Numbered from the stretch's first letter, positions 1 to 11,272 are shown. The stretch: DNA of 64,000 nt from Spirochaetota bacterium (GCA_963664815.2 CAXXHB010000003.1:3744001-3808000); one strand, 5' to 3'. Numbers and translations: made by a program. Notes: generated by a model not told the origin, from the letters alone.

Positions 1-450
1 GCCGACGTAAGGGGATTACAGGATGAGAAAATCATTGAGGAAATTCTGAAAATTACCGACTCCCGTTTTCAGGACGATCTTATCGCCAAAGCCAAACTCA
101 ACGGAAAACTCTCTGAGAGTTTTGTACTTGCCGAAGAGTACAGGCATAATACCCCTGAAAAACTTGAAGCTATGCTTAAACCATTTCAGGCAAAAGGATA
201 TTTTTCAGCATTCCCCTTCGGAACAGACTTTACCATGGAAGAGATGATCATAGGGGCCTCACTTAAAAGCCTTACGGCAAAAAGTAAAGGTGCAATTGTC
301 AAAGGTATTCTCTCCGAGATGTTTAAATCAATACCGGCTAAAGCCGAACCTTTTCTGAAAAGGATGCAGCTTGATAAACCGGCAAATCGTAAAGAAAAAA
401 TCATGCGCAAAGTTCTTCTATCTGCAATGAGAGCAAACAAAATGATATAG
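1..450 (+). CDS. Acetyl-CoA hydrolase/transferase family protein, 3' end only (truncated by window edge); paralog of 952..3120
   Basis: Frame 1 is open from base 1 (ADVRGLQDEKIIEEILKITDSRFQDDL...EYRHNTPEKLEAMLKPF...KIMRKVLLSAMR) and aligns by eye with the C-terminus of the next gene; stop TAG at 448-450. Confidence 0.9.
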   Translation, partial: ADVRGLQDEKIIEEILKITDSRFQDDLIAKAKLNGKLSESFVLAEEYRHNTPEKLEAMLKPFQAKGYFSAFPFGTDFTMEEMIIGASLKSLTAKSKGAIVKGILSEMFKSIPAKAEPFLKRMQLDKPANRKEKIMRKVLLSAMRANKMI

Positions 451-452
451 CC

Positions 453-497
453 TAAATACCCCGGTCCCTTAAAGGAACCGGGGTATTTATTTTTTTA
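453..497 (+). terminator. Intrinsic terminator
   Basis: TAAATACCCCGGT...ACCGGGGTATTTA stem followed by a T-tract, directly after the stop codon. Confidence 0.85.
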
Positions 498-951
498 CTG
501 CTTTTTACTCAAATTTGTCGCCGCTCTTTATAAATACATTTCATCTATAATATTAATGAATATTAATGTTTGCCACAGTCTCTCCGACTGCTTCTTCCAA
601 TGGAAGAATATTCAGATTAATATGTTTTTAAATTAACTTATATTATATAATTTTTATGTTCATTTATATTATTATTTGTCATATTTATAATTATAAATAT
701 TATATATTATACGATTTTTATCATTTTTTCTAATTTTATCACATATTTATATATTTATTTTTTGACATTTAATAAGATTCATGAAACTGTTGGTTCATAT
801 TATTTTTTTCAGTTCTAATAGTATAATCAAAATTAACTATAAATAATCCAGTCCAGGGCATTTAATATGTTTCAGAAACTCTATTGTTTTACTGAACAAT
901 TAGGTATCCTGCCTGTTTGAGATTGTTATAAAAAATAAACATACGGAGTCA

Positions 952-3120
952 ATGATGAACGGAAAGAAAGGTGTAATTTACAATGATGTAAAGAAGAGTG
1001 TTGATTATTTTCTCGAGTATATGGGTAACGACATTTCATTTGCCATGCCGCTTGCCCTTGGCAAACCAAGTATATTTATAAACGAGCTTTACAGCAGGGC
1101 AAAAAAAGATCATACTATCAGACTGAACATTGTAACCGCGCTGGCTCTTGAACTTCCAAAGGGTAAAAGTGACATGGAAAAAAGATTTCTTGGCCCCCTT
1201 GTGGACAGAGTCTTTGAAGGAACCCCCGAATTCCTGTATATGAAAGACTTTCGTTCAGGTAATCTTCCCAAAAATGTAGAAATATATGAATTTTTTAATA
1301 AAGCCGGCGGGTATATGAATGCTCCTGAAGCCCAGAGAAACCATCTTCATTCGAACTATGCACATGTAGTTCGCGACGCTATGGATTTTGGAGTTAATGC
1401 TTTCGGACAGATGCTTTCATGCAGAGAAATAGATGGTAAAATGATGTATTCCATGGGATGCAACACCGATATAGCGATAGAAGCATTAAGAGAGCTGAAC
1501 AAACTCAGAGATAAAGGGAAAAAAATTTTACTGCTTGGTGAAGTTAATCCCTATCTGCCGTTTATGTACGGCGATGCAGTGCATAAAGCAGAATCTTACG
1601 ATATGCTGCTTGAGGGCCCGGAATTTAATTACCCGCTGTTTGGCCCCCCAAAAGACTCGGTAAATATAAGAGACCATGCTATTGGGCTCCATGTCAGTCC
1701 GCTTATTAAAGATGGCGGGACTCTCCAGGTTGGAATCGGTGCCCTCGGTGATGCAATCTCTTCAAGCCTCAAAATGAGACAGAATGAAAACGAGGAATAC
1801 AATATTGTATTAAAAGAAACCGGAATTATGGACAAATACAGGGATTTAATTAATGAAATAGGGGGAACTGATAAATTTGACAGGGGGCTTTACGGATCAT
1901 CAGAGATGTTTGTCGACGCCTTTATGCAACTCTATAAATGCGGTATACTTAAGCGCAAGGTATACGACAACATCACAATCCAGAAACTGATAAACGAAGG
2001 TAAACTCTCCGACGACAGGATCCCGGAAAACATTATTCAGCTTCTGATCGAAGAGGAGAGCATACAGCCGAAATTAAGGGAAAAAGATTTCAGAATGCTG
2101 ACAGAGTTTGGGATACTGAAAGCGGGACTTACCTTTAAAGATGGCTGTATCTCCGATGGGACCATGAAAATTTCCGCAGACTTCTCCGGCGGTATAAACG
2201 TGAATGACCTGAAATCATTCATCGGGAAAGAATTAAAACAGGGTAAAGTTATAACCGGAGCATTTTTTCTGGGCCCACGCGCTTTTTATAACGCGCTCAA
2301 CACTATGAGTGAAGAAGAGAGAATGCAGTTCGGCATGTCAGGTGTCGAGGTAGTTAACCAGCTTTACGGCGATGAAAAGCTGCGCAGCCTGCAGAGAAAA
2401 GACGGTCGTTTTGTAAACACAGGCATGATGGCACATGTTCTCGGCTCCATTACTTCTGACCAGCTTGAGGACGGGCGTATCGTAAGCGGTATCGGAGGAC
2501 AGTATAATTTTGTATCAATGGCGCACGCTCTTCCTGACGGGCGGCTTATTATGATGATACGAAGCACAAGAGGCACGGGTGAAAATGTTAAATCGAACAT
2601 AGTTTATAATTACGGCCATATAACAATTCCGCGGCATCTCAGAGACATTATAGTCACAGAATACGGTATAGCAAACATCAGAGGTCTGCAGGATTCAAAA
2701 ATAATCGAGGAAATGCTCAAAATCACTGATTCCCGTTTTCAGGATGAATTAATAAGAAAAGCAAAGGCAGAGGGAAAACTCGCTCCTGATTTTGAGCTTG
2801 CCGACGAGTACAGGCATAACACGCCAGAAAAACTTGAAGCTATGCTGAAACCATTCCAGTCCAGGGGACTTTTCGCGACGTTCCCGTTCGGAACAGATTT
2901 TACGGCGGAAGAAGTTCTCATAGGAGCTTCATTAAAAAAACTTACGACAAAAAAGAAATCTGAAATACTTAAAAGTCTTGTTGCAGAGATGTTCAGGCCC
3001 GTTCCTCAGAAAGCAGAACCGTTCCTGAAAAGAATGAGTCTTGATAATCCTGTTAATCGTAAGGAAAAAATCATGAGGAAGGTTCTTCTTTCCGCAATGA
3101 GAACAAACGGAGCTATTTAA
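952..3120 (+). CDS. Large acetyl-CoA hydrolase/CoA-transferase family protein (722 aa)
   Basis: Motifs PLALGKP, DGGTLQVGIGALGDA, SEMFVD, VSGIGGQYNFV, IPRHLRDIIVTEYGIA; GGAG RBS upstream. Confidence 0.88.
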   Translation: MMNGKKGVIYNDVKKSVDYFLEYMGNDISFAMPLALGKPSIFINELYSRAKKDHTIRLNIVTALALELPKGKSDMEKRFLGPLVDRVFEGTPEFLYMKDFRSGNLPKNVEIYEFFNKAGGYMNAPEAQRNHLHSNYAHVVRDAMDFGVNAFGQMLSCREIDGKMMYSMGCNTDIAIEALRELNKLRDKGKKILLLGEVNPYLPFMYGDAVHKAESYDMLLEGPEFNYPLFGPPKDSVNIRDHAIGLHVSPLIKDGGTLQVGIGALGDAISSSLKMRQNENEEYNIVLKETGIMDKYRDLINEIGGTDKFDRGLYGSSEMFVDAFMQLYKCGILKRKVYDNITIQKLINEGKLSDDRIPENIIQLLIEEESIQPKLREKDFRMLTEFGILKAGLTFKDGCISDGTMKISADFSGGINVNDLKSFIGKELKQGKVITGAFFLGPRAFYNALNTMSEEERMQFGMSGVEVVNQLYGDEKLRSLQRKDGRFVNTGMMAHVLGSITSDQLEDGRIVSGIGGQYNFVSMAHALPDGRLIMMIRSTRGTGENVKSNIVYNYGHITIPRHLRDIIVTEYGIANIRGLQDSKIIEEMLKITDSRFQDELIRKAKAEGKLAPDFELADEYRHNTPEKLEAMLKPFQSRGLFATFPFGTDFTAEEVLIGASLKKLTTKKKSEILKSLVAEMFRPVPQKAEPFLKRMSLDNPVNRKEKIMRKVLLSAMRTNGAI

Positions 3121-3156
3121 TAAAAGCAAATCATACTTGCCGTGATTGATCTAAAA

Positions 3157-3211
3157 CTGTTTTGCGGGATACAGGCCTGGCATTACCAGACTCCTGAATC
3201 CCACAAAACGG
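3157..3211. terminator. Long imperfect hairpin between convergent genes (possible terminator or stabiliser)
   Basis: CTGTTTTG-c-GGGAT-a-CAGG-c-CTGG / CCAG-act-CCTG-a-ATCCC-a-CAAAACGG; no clear U-tract. Confidence 0.45.
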
Positions 3212-3330
3212 CAACAATCGAAAGACTATTCACACTCTGGTAAACCCGGATGGATATCTACAGCAATGGCAGCCTGCGAAAAAACACACCGTTTTTCTGC
3301 CACGGAAGACAACCGGGGAATGTTCCATGC

Positions 3331-4737
3331 TTAATCCTTCTTCCTCAGAAGAAATCCCTTCTTCTGTATATAATCATATCGTACGTTTGTTCCGGGCTGA
3401 TAAACCATCGCCATTATGGAATCCTGCCCCTCTTTTATTGAAGAATACTCTGCAAAGTCGAGAGTTCTAATTACCGCTTCAAAAACTCTCAGAGCTCCGG
3501 AATGATCACAAAGCACAAATCTTTTGCCTAGATTTAATTTCATCAGATCGGCATATGAGTGAGCGATTCTCCAGTCCGCCTCAATAAGGGTTTCCCCTTC
3601 CGGGAAATGATAAAACCTGTTTTTAAAAAGCTCTTTTGCAGTTTTTTTCTTCTCATCATCGGTTCCGGACATTGAAACGCCATAAACTTCAAGCATCTTT
3701 TTATATACATCATTCTTCAGCTTGCTGGTGAGGGCGCCGTACTTCTGGGAATTTAATCCATAGAGCGGCGTAAAGGTTATATCCCTGAAGCCGGCCTCTT
3801 CAAGAAAACATTTTGCCGTCTCTTCAGTATTTTCACTCTCACTGCCGAATATCTGGACCGGGTTTGCAGCTGATGGCTTCCATAACGGATAACCTTCTTT
3901 CTCAAGCCTGTCAACCATTACCTTGAAATCCTTTCCTAGTTCTCTTGCAGTATCAATTCCCTTTTCCTTGAGCTTGTTCCCTATTGAGCCGCTGATGCGT
4001 TTGTTGTTCTTCCAGGTATCCCATACTCCGGAACCGACAAACTCCGGATTATCACCACCTGACTCATGTATTGATTTTCCATGGCGTATTGTTATCATCT
4101 GCGCCTGATTCAGAGGGACATATGCATCCGGATAGATTGGAATCCCCTTGCCGTTATCAAGCCAGACAATACCCTCTTTTAACATCAATCCGCTGCCATC
4201 ATCAAGCGCACGGCCGGTTTTACGCATTTTTCCTCCGGGATTAATCTGCATGTCCTCAATAGCAAGTACAAGTTTGGTCCGGTAACGGGTATGCCTTGCT
4301 CCGAAAGCCGGTATATTTTTCGGAACAAGTATATCACTGATCCTTCCAAGTGAAAATTTCTGATGAAGAAGGCGTTTGAAACTGTCATTTTTAATAAGTC
4401 CATTCCATGCAAGATAGAAGAGATGAGGATCGGCATTGGGGACATTGCTTTGCAGAAACTCAAATTTACTCTTTATATAATCCTGAGGAGTAATATCATT
4501 CTCAAGTGCAAGGATGAAAAAATAGATGTTTTTACCAATGACATTGAGGTTATTTATAAAATTGATATTAACATCGTCCGGCGAAATAGAAATTCTGTCA
4601 TTATATACTCCCTGCAGAAATTTAATATCATTTTTAATATTCTCCTCGCGGTAGGAGTTGTGAAACTCGGCATGTTCACGGCTGAGACCGGTTTCAGACA
4701 TTGTTTCATTTCCCTGTATAACTGATCTATCTGACAT
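3331..4737 (-). CDS. Histidine phosphatase superfamily protein with ~210-aa uncharacterised N-terminal extension
   Basis: ITIRHGKS (RHG motif), FPEGET, and LCDHSGALR (second His); AAGGGGG RBS. Confidence 0.7.
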   Translation of the reverse strand: MSDRSVIQGNETMSETGLSREHAEFHNSYREENIKNDIKFLQGVYNDRISISPDDVNINFINNLNVIGKNIYFFILALENDITPQDYIKSKFEFLQSNVPNADPHLFYLAWNGLIKNDSFKRLLHQKFSLGRISDILVPKNIPAFGARHTRYRTKLVLAIEDMQINPGGKMRKTGRALDDGSGLMLKEGIVWLDNGKGIPIYPDAYVPLNQAQMITIRHGKSIHESGGDNPEFVGSGVWDTWKNNKRISGSIGNKLKEKGIDTARELGKDFKVMVDRLEKEGYPLWKPSAANPVQIFGSESENTEETAKCFLEEAGFRDITFTPLYGLNSQKYGALTSKLKNDVYKKMLEVYGVSMSGTDDEKKKTAKELFKNRFYHFPEGETLIEADWRIAHSYADLMKLNLGKRFVLCDHSGALRVFEAVIRTLDFAEYSSIKEGQDSIMAMVYQPGTNVRYDYIQKKGFLLRKKD

Positions 4738-4996
4738 ATTAATTTCCCCCTTCCAGATTTTTATTTATAACATTTTATATTAATTACTAAATTCTTAAAA
4801 TAAAAATAGCAATAAATTTGCGGCAGATCAATTTTTTAAATAAATTTAAATAATAATCAGAAAATTCAATTTTTTATAATAAAAAAATCACATAAATATT
4901 GCCTTTCTTCTTTTTTTTAATTAGCATTTATACAAATGCAGATAATAAATCTCTGCCATTACTCTACCTATAATAACTTCAGGAGGATTTAAAATT

Positions 4997-5332
4997 ATGT
5001 CAAATGTCATTTCTCTATTAATTATCATTGCGATGTTTGCAGGGATGTGGAAAGTTTTTGAAAAAGCCGGGAAACCTGGATGGGCCGCAATAATTCCAAT
5101 TTACAACATCATTATACTTCTTCAGGTAGCTGGCAAACCCATATGGTGGCTTGTTCTCCTACTTATACCATTAGTTAACCTTGTAATATTGATTATTGTC
5201 TCAATGGAACTTGCCGTATGTTTTGGCAAAGGTAAAGGATGGGGAATTCTGCTTCTCTTCCTGTTTGGTTTCATAGGCTATCCTCTCCTTGGATTTGGCG
5301 ACGCTACATACAAGGTACCTGCAGCAGCATAA
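4997..5332 (+). CDS. DUF5684-type small membrane protein
   Basis: Signature MWKVFEKAGKPGWAAIIPIYN; several TM helices; AGGAGG RBS. Confidence 0.85.
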   Translation: MSNVISLLIIIAMFAGMWKVFEKAGKPGWAAIIPIYNIIILLQVAGKPIWWLVLLLIPLVNLVILIIVSMELAVCFGKGKGWGILLLFLFGFIGYPLLGFGDATYKVPAAA

Positions 5333-5374
5333 TTTATAGTGCAGATTCGTATCGATTTTTTATCAAACTATACT

Positions 5375-5413
5375 AATAAAAAAGCTTTGCCCTTTCATGC
5401 AGGGCTTTTTTAT
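5375..5413 (+). terminator. Intrinsic terminator
   Basis: AAAAGCTTTGC / GCAGGGCTTTT stem with G-U pairs and T-tract. Confidence 0.6.
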
Positions 5414-5532
5414 TCTCATAATAAAATATTTATAAACTCCAATGTCGGATAAATAAATTAAGTTGACTTTTATTTTAAATATGATTAAGTAATTTAAATT
5501 ATTTTTAATATACTATTAAAAAGGAGACCTAA

Positions 5533-6165
5533 ATGATCAATCGTCCAGAGTTGAAGCAGTTGTCAAAAACCCAATTAAGCGGGAAATGGGGCAGTGGAGT
5601 GTTGCTTACTTTCATTTATTTCCTGGTGTTTGGTGCTGCTAATGCAATTGGTATTATACCAGTAGTCGGATTTTTTTTATCTTTTTGTATTACCGCCCCT
5701 GTTGGTATCGGTTTACTTATCGCCTATATTAACCTAATTAAAAGTGGCAATAAACTTGATCCGGGTGATCTATTTAAAGGATTCAATTTCTTCTGGAAAT
5801 CACTTGGTGTAACGCTATGGTTATATCTTTGGATATTTCTATGGATGTTATTATTAATAATTCCGGGAATAATTAAAGCATTCGCCTACTCCCAGACTCT
5901 TTTCATTATTGCCAACAATCCTGATGTTAAAGCAACAGAGGCTCTTAAAATAAGCATGAAAATGACAAATGGTTATAAAATGGATATTTTCGTTCTGTTC
6001 TTAAGCTTTATCGGATGGATGTTGCTCTGCTGTCTAACCCTTGGAATAGGTTTATTATGGCTCACTCCTTATATGAATGCTACATATACTAACCTGTTCT
6101 TTAAACTGAAAGATGCCGCTATACAGAATGGCGTTTGCACAGAAAATGAATTTAATGGAATTTAA
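5533..6165 (+). CDS. DUF975 family membrane protein
   Basis: R.ELK...K..L.GKW start; LLLIIPGIIKAFAYSQT, S.KM..GYK.D.F.L.LSFIGW, GIGLLWL.PY; AAGGAG RBS. Confidence 0.88.
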   Translation: MINRPELKQLSKTQLSGKWGSGVLLTFIYFLVFGAANAIGIIPVVGFFLSFCITAPVGIGLLIAYINLIKSGNKLDPGDLFKGFNFFWKSLGVTLWLYLWIFLWMLLLIIPGIIKAFAYSQTLFIIANNPDVKATEALKISMKMTNGYKMDIFVLFLSFIGWMLLCCLTLGIGLLWLTPYMNATYTNLFFKLKDAAIQNGVCTENEFNGI

Positions 6166-6259
6166 TTGAATACTTAGTAATTTATTTTAATCTGTCATAA
6201 CCGGGGAACAGTTTCTTCATTATGGCAGATTATTATGCCTCTTATAAAATTATGTAACT

Positions 6260-7456
6260 CTATTCCACCCTGTTCCGCCCGCCTCTTTTAGCTTTATACA
6301 GGTTTTTATCTGCCCGTTTAATTATATCCTCATCCCAGTCTTCTTTTTCTATTTCTGCAACTCCCATACTGACTGTTTTTATGCCAATATCTTTAAAATG
6401 ATGTTTCTCGATTTTTTTTCTCAGTTTTTCTGCGAGTTTTCTTGCGCCATCCGCTGTAGTTTCAGGGCATACAATAAGAAATTCCTCACCGCCCCAGCGT
6501 CCCACTGTATCTACTTCACGTACATGCTCTTTCAACAGGGAAGCCAGTCCGGAAAGAACCATGTCACCTACATTATGGCCAAAAGTATCATTTATTGTTT
6601 TAAAATGATCAATATCCGCCAATATAACCGAGAGAGGATGCTTATATCGTCTTGACCTGAGTACTTCAATAGTGAGGATCTGTTCTATCTTTGACCTGTT
6701 ATAAACGCTTGTAAGGCCATCAGTATTGGCAAGTCTGCGGAGTTCTTTAAGCATAAACTCCTTCTCTTCTGCATATTGCTGCACATCAAGAAACAGCCTT
6801 TTATTAATCATAAGAACCAGCGAGAATGTCAACATTATCCCGAGCATCTGACTCGACATCATTATTATAGGATCAACCATCCCCTCTGAGAAAAATTCAT
6901 TGCCGGATGGATAATATATAAAAGCCAAAACTATTCTAAAAATATAAAGAATCAGCATTAGTGCACAGATTAATGTTGTACTATGATAAATAGCTGTATT
7001 ATTTTTTTCAGTCGTAAATTTAAGAAGATAAACTGACTGAATCATAATAATTATTATTGATAGCGAAAGAAATACAGCTCTTACTCTGAATTGAGGATTT
7101 ATGATGCCGAAATAATAATAAAAAAAGGAAAATATAACAAGATAAACAGTATTTATAAAATATTCAGCTTTTCTTCCGATAAACCTTTGAAGCCCTATTA
7201 GAAAAAGGATCAACCCGGATACAATTAAAACATTCGCCAGGACCATTGAGAAGAGATCAGGAATGTTTCCCCGGAGCATTATTAAAAATATCCCGATTGT
7301 CTGAAATATATAATCAATTAACCAATGAGAAGTCCCTTTAAATCTTTTTCTGTTCTGAAGCCATACATTAGCCATAACAATAGTAACAAGCACATTGCTT
7401 ACAACATAGCTGAGCATAATGGTCTGCATTTCGAAAATGTGCATATTGAATCGCAT
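6260..7456 (-). CDS. Membrane-bound diguanylate cyclase (GGDEF domain)
   Basis: About 7 TM helices, then TDGLT.VYNR, DIDHFK.INDTFGH..GD, RWGGEEF, RAD..LY.AK..GRN. Start codon uncertain. Confidence 0.92.
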   Translation of the reverse strand: MRFNMHIFEMQTIMLSYVVSNVLVTIVMANVWLQNRKRFKGTSHWLIDYIFQTIGIFLIMLRGNIPDLFSMVLANVLIVSGLILFLIGLQRFIGRKAEYFINTVYLVIFSFFYYYFGIINPQFRVRAVFLSLSIIIIMIQSVYLLKFTTEKNNTAIYHSTTLICALMLILYIFRIVLAFIYYPSGNEFFSEGMVDPIIMMSSQMLGIMLTFSLVLMINKRLFLDVQQYAEEKEFMLKELRRLANTDGLTSVYNRSKIEQILTIEVLRSRRYKHPLSVILADIDHFKTINDTFGHNVGDMVLSGLASLLKEHVREVDTVGRWGGEEFLIVCPETTADGARKLAEKLRKKIEKHHFKDIGIKTVSMGVAEIEKEDWDEDIIKRADKNLYKAKRGGRNRVE

Positions 7457-7668
7457 CGTCCTGGAAGAAGTTAATTTCGCTCAATATAATTATTAATTAC
7501 TGACGGTCAATTATTTATTATTTCAGAATAGATTTTCAATCAGGAACTCTTTTAAGGGTATATTTGATTTTTATTACAAACATGCTACAAAAACGTTCTT
7601 TTTAATGCCATAGCAGCATAAACTGATTATTTGTTAATCCGCATTACAGGTCTGGGCGTGACAGTATT

Positions 7669-9057
7669 TTAAAAATCCAGTGTATCAACACACCTCGGGA
7701 AAGGAATTACATCGCGTATATTCTGCATTCCTGTTACGAACTGAATCAATCTCTCAAAACCGAGTCCAAAACCGGAATGCGGAGCAGAACCATACTTCCT
7801 GAGTTCAAGATACCACCAATAATCCTTTTCATTCAGCCCCATTTCTCTGATTCTCCCCAGAAGCCTGTTATAATCGCTCTCCCTCTCGCTACCGCCGATA
7901 ATCTCCCCAAGACGTGGTACAAGAACATCCATTGCACGTACAGTTGTACCATCCTCGTTGAGCTTCATGTAGAATGCTTTTATATCTTTCGGATAATCTG
8001 TAACTATTACAGGTTTTTTATAAATCTCCTGAGTGAGAAATTTTTCATGTTCACTCTGTAAATCTATTCCCCATCTGACAGGAAATTCAAAATTCTTTCC
8101 CGATTTTTTAAGTTCATCTATTGCATCTGTATATTTTATTCTTTCAAACCTGCTTTCTATTATATGTTCAAGATTTTCTATTATACCCTTCTCTATCATT
8201 GAGTTAAAAAAGTTCATATCCTCTCTGCAGTTATTGAGCACATAACGAAGTATATACTTAATAAAATCTTCAGCAGTATCCATGTTCCCGGTTATATCAC
8301 AGAATGCCATTTCAGGTTCAACCATCCAGAACTCTGCAAGATGTCTTGATGTATTTGATTTTTCTGCCCTGAATGTCGGCCCGAAGGTATAGACATTTTT
8401 AAGCGCAAGGGCATATATCTCCGCCTCAAGTTGACCGCTTACAGTAAGTGATGCCTCTTTACCGAAAAAATCTTTTGCAAAATCTATCCTGCTGCCGGTT
8501 TTCGGAATATTGTTAAGGTCAAAATTTGTAACATGAAACATTTCACCTGCACCTTCACAGTCGCTCCCGGTAATCACAGGTGTATGCACATACACAAACC
8601 CGTTTTCATTGAAATATTTATGTATAGCAAAACTCATGGCATTTCTCACCCGCATAACAGAACCAAAAGTGTTTGTTCTGGGACGAAGATGGGCAATCTC
8701 CCTTAAAAATTCGAATGAATGCCTTTTTTTCTGCAGAGGGTACTCATCAGCCGGTGCATCACCAAGTATTTTTATTTCCACAGGAGAAACTTCCACACTC
8801 TGCTCCTTCCCCTGAGATGCAACAAGTTTGCCTTTTATCGATACACTTGCCCCGTTAACAAGTTTTGGATTGAGATCTTCAAAGCCGGGAAATGTCCGGT
8901 CAAGAACAACCTGTATACTATCCATGGTTGATCCGTCATTTACAGCGATGAAGGAAACATCTTTTGAATCCCTTTTTGTTCTTATCCATCCTTCGACAAC
9001 AATCTCCTGCCCGCTACCCTCAAGTGCAAGAATATGTTTTATAGTTTTCTCTTTCAT
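7669..9057 (-). CDS. asnS: Asparagine--tRNA ligase
   Basis: OB-fold N-terminus, [46 protein letters not shown]. Confidence 0.97.
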   Translation of the reverse strand: MKEKTIKHILALEGSGQEIVVEGWIRTKRDSKDVSFIAVNDGSTMDSIQVVLDRTFPGFEDLNPKLVNGASVSIKGKLVASQGKEQSVEVSPVEIKILGDAPADEYPLQKKRHSFEFLREIAHLRPRTNTFGSVMRVRNAMSFAIHKYFNENGFVYVHTPVITGSDCEGAGEMFHVTNFDLNNIPKTGSRIDFAKDFFGKEASLTVSGQLEAEIYALALKNVYTFGPTFRAEKSNTSRHLAEFWMVEPEMAFCDITGNMDTAEDFIKYILRYVLNNCREDMNFFNSMIEKGIIENLEHIIESRFERIKYTDAIDELKKSGKNFEFPVRWGIDLQSEHEKFLTQEIYKKPVIVTDYPKDIKAFYMKLNEDGTTVRAMDVLVPRLGEIIGGSERESDYNRLLGRIREMGLNEKDYWWYLELRKYGSAPHSGFGLGFERLIQFVTGMQNIRDVIPFPRCVDTLDF

Positions 9058-9173
9058 GACCTTTTCTCTGTTTTTTAAATTTTATATTGTCTTATACATA
9101 TCCCATGACACCAGACACTCTGACGGTACAAGGTTCAGACAGAAAAATCTGCTTAAGTTTATAAAAACATCTT

Positions 9174-11042
9174 TTATTGCCTCATGTCAATAATTTTATC
9201 ACCAAAAAAATCCTCATAACTCATGAGTTTAATTCCGTTTTTACGTGCATTGTCGAGCTTACTGCTTTTACCATTGACATCATCACAAATCAGTATTGCA
9301 AGATCCTTGGTGACAGATGGAGAATATTCATATCCGGACTCTTCAATAATTTTTATCAGGTCATTCCTTTTACCCGGTCCTTTCCTCGTCATACAGACTT
9401 TTCCCTGCGATTTCGTCTCTAATTCTTCAGAAAGTTCCACAACCCCGAGCAGTTCTGAAAGAAGCTTCATGTTTGATTCATCATTTTTCCATTCAATAAT
9501 ATTTTTTCCAATTACATAGGTATCGTCATGAAAATCCATAAACTGCCGTATTGAATGAATTCCCATTTTAACGAGAGATTTTCTCTGTACCAGAGGAATT
9601 CCAAGTCTGCCTATAAGCTCTGCGGGTGTCATCTTTTTCGAATTTCTTACTTCTTTAACAAAGTTACGGATTTTTTTCTCGGCAAATCCCTCAATGCCAT
9701 CAAAATCTATTTCATTAAGATCATATATATCTTTAATTCCCTTTATCCTGCCAAGATCATAGAGTTTACGCACAGTTGCTTCAGCGACATTCTCAATGCT
9801 GCAGTTTTTTACCCAGTATATTATTCTCTGAATTATCTGTTCCCGACATTCAGTGTTTATACATTTCAGGTGAACCCCGGACTGCATGGTATTGCTCCCG
9901 CAGGAAGGGCACTCACGGGCAATGATTTCATCATTGAAACTTACCCTGTTTACAGAACTTTTATTGGAATAAACAAAAGGAATGACATCATTTGCCCTCT
10001 GAACAATTAAAGTATCACCTTTTTCAACTTTAAGCTTTTTTACATTTTCATAATTATTCAATGTCGCCCGACCAAGCCTTGCTCCCCCTATTATCACCGG
10101 TTCAAAAAGTGCAACAGGTATAAGGTTTCCCTGGCGGCTTACCTGCCATACCACATCTTTGAGAACCGTTTCGCGGAATTCGGCAGGAGGTTTCAATGCT
10201 ATACTGTAATGATGATGATGATCCAGTATCCAGCGGCTGTCTATCTCATCAAACTGCCCCCTGTCATCAACCGAGATTATTAATCCGTCTGTTTCATATT
10301 CCCATTCACCTCTCAGTTTTTCCATATAACGATTGTAAAACAATTCAATTTCTTCTTCATTTTCGACACACGAGAACTCAATCGTATTAAATCCGTTTTC
10401 TCCAAGGAGTGTAATCCTGCCGCTTTCTGTATTAATAAAATCAATACCCGTCATCTGGTAAACGGCAAACCTTACATATTTTAAATCATCCCTGTTTTCC
10501 TTTCTATTTATCAGACCGACACAGTTATTTCTCAGAGGCCTTCCTCCTGTGTCAAACTCAGTATAGCGCGGGATGTAAAGTTCACCTCTCACTTCAATAT
10601 CATCAGATGAAAATGTCAGCTTGCGCGGGATATCCTTAACATATTCCGCAATATGGCTTATATCCTGGCCATACAACCCGTCACCTCTTGTTGCCACATA
10701 GAAAAGCTTTCCGTTTCTGTATCTGCATGTTGCGGACAGGCCGTCAATTTTAGGTTCAATAATCAGTTTTTCACCCTTTAATAATCCAAGTCTTTTCAGC
10801 CATGCGGCAATATCACCTACCGATTTTGCCTTCCCCATTGAGAGCATTGGAATTTCATGTTTTATTTTATCAGCCGCGGAAGCTTCTGTTCCTATTGATG
10901 AAAAATACACATTAGCCGGATCTAAAGATCTCAGTTCCTCTTCCAGCTCATCAAACTCCGCATCTGTCATAAGAGGAGAATCGGAATTATAATAAGCATC
11001 TCTGGCTTCATTCAGAAGTTTTACAATTTCATCACTATTCAT
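9174..11042 (-). CDS. ligA: NAD-dependent DNA ligase (divergent)
   Basis: AYY...PLMTDAEFD, EPKIDG adenylation motif, ATRGDG, EVRGE, DGLII, OB fold, C4 zinc finger, C-terminal BRCT. Confidence 0.88.
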   Translation of the reverse strand: MNSDEIVKLLNEARDAYYNSDSPLMTDAEFDELEEELRSLDPANVYFSSIGTEASAADKIKHEIPMLSMGKAKSVGDIAAWLKRLGLLKGEKLIIEPKIDGLSATCRYRNGKLFYVATRGDGLYGQDISHIAEYVKDIPRKLTFSSDDIEVRGELYIPRYTEFDTGGRPLRNNCVGLINRKENRDDLKYVRFAVYQMTGIDFINTESGRITLLGENGFNTIEFSCVENEEEIELFYNRYMEKLRGEWEYETDGLIISVDDRGQFDEIDSRWILDHHHHYSIALKPPAEFRETVLKDVVWQVSRQGNLIPVALFEPVIIGGARLGRATLNNYENVKKLKVEKGDTLIVQRANDVIPFVYSNKSSVNRVSFNDEIIARECPSCGSNTMQSGVHLKCINTECREQIIQRIIYWVKNCSIENVAEATVRKLYDLGRIKGIKDIYDLNEIDFDGIEGFAEKKIRNFVKEVRNSKKMTPAELIGRLGIPLVQRKSLVKMGIHSIRQFMDFHDDTYVIGKNIIEWKNDESNMKLLSELLGVVELSEELETKSQGKVCMTRKGPGKRNDLIKIIEESGYEYSPSVTKDLAILICDDVNGKSSKLDNARKNGIKLMSYEDFFGDKIIDMRQ

Positions 11043-11272
11043 TCTGGTTCCCTTAATCTAAAATATTTACAAAACAATATTGCTCGCAGTAATTTTTTTT
11101 AACATTATAATAATAGTCTCCATACAACAATTTTAATGTAAAAATATTTACCTCTGCCATTAAATTGTCACAATGTATAGAATATTTTCTGCTTAAATCT
11201 GACCAGGAAATAAGCATTAGAACCGATATGGAATTACTATTTTGTCACACTCTTCCTTTTCAGAAAAATCAT

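Noticed and set aside
172-450. 92-aa ORF as a standalone gene
   Set aside because: The frame is open from base 1; it is the tail of a longer gene cut by the window edge.
500-950. Very AT-rich tract as a possible replication origin
   Set aside because: No DnaA-box cluster or dnaA gene seen; similar AT-rich intergenic regions occur throughout the window.
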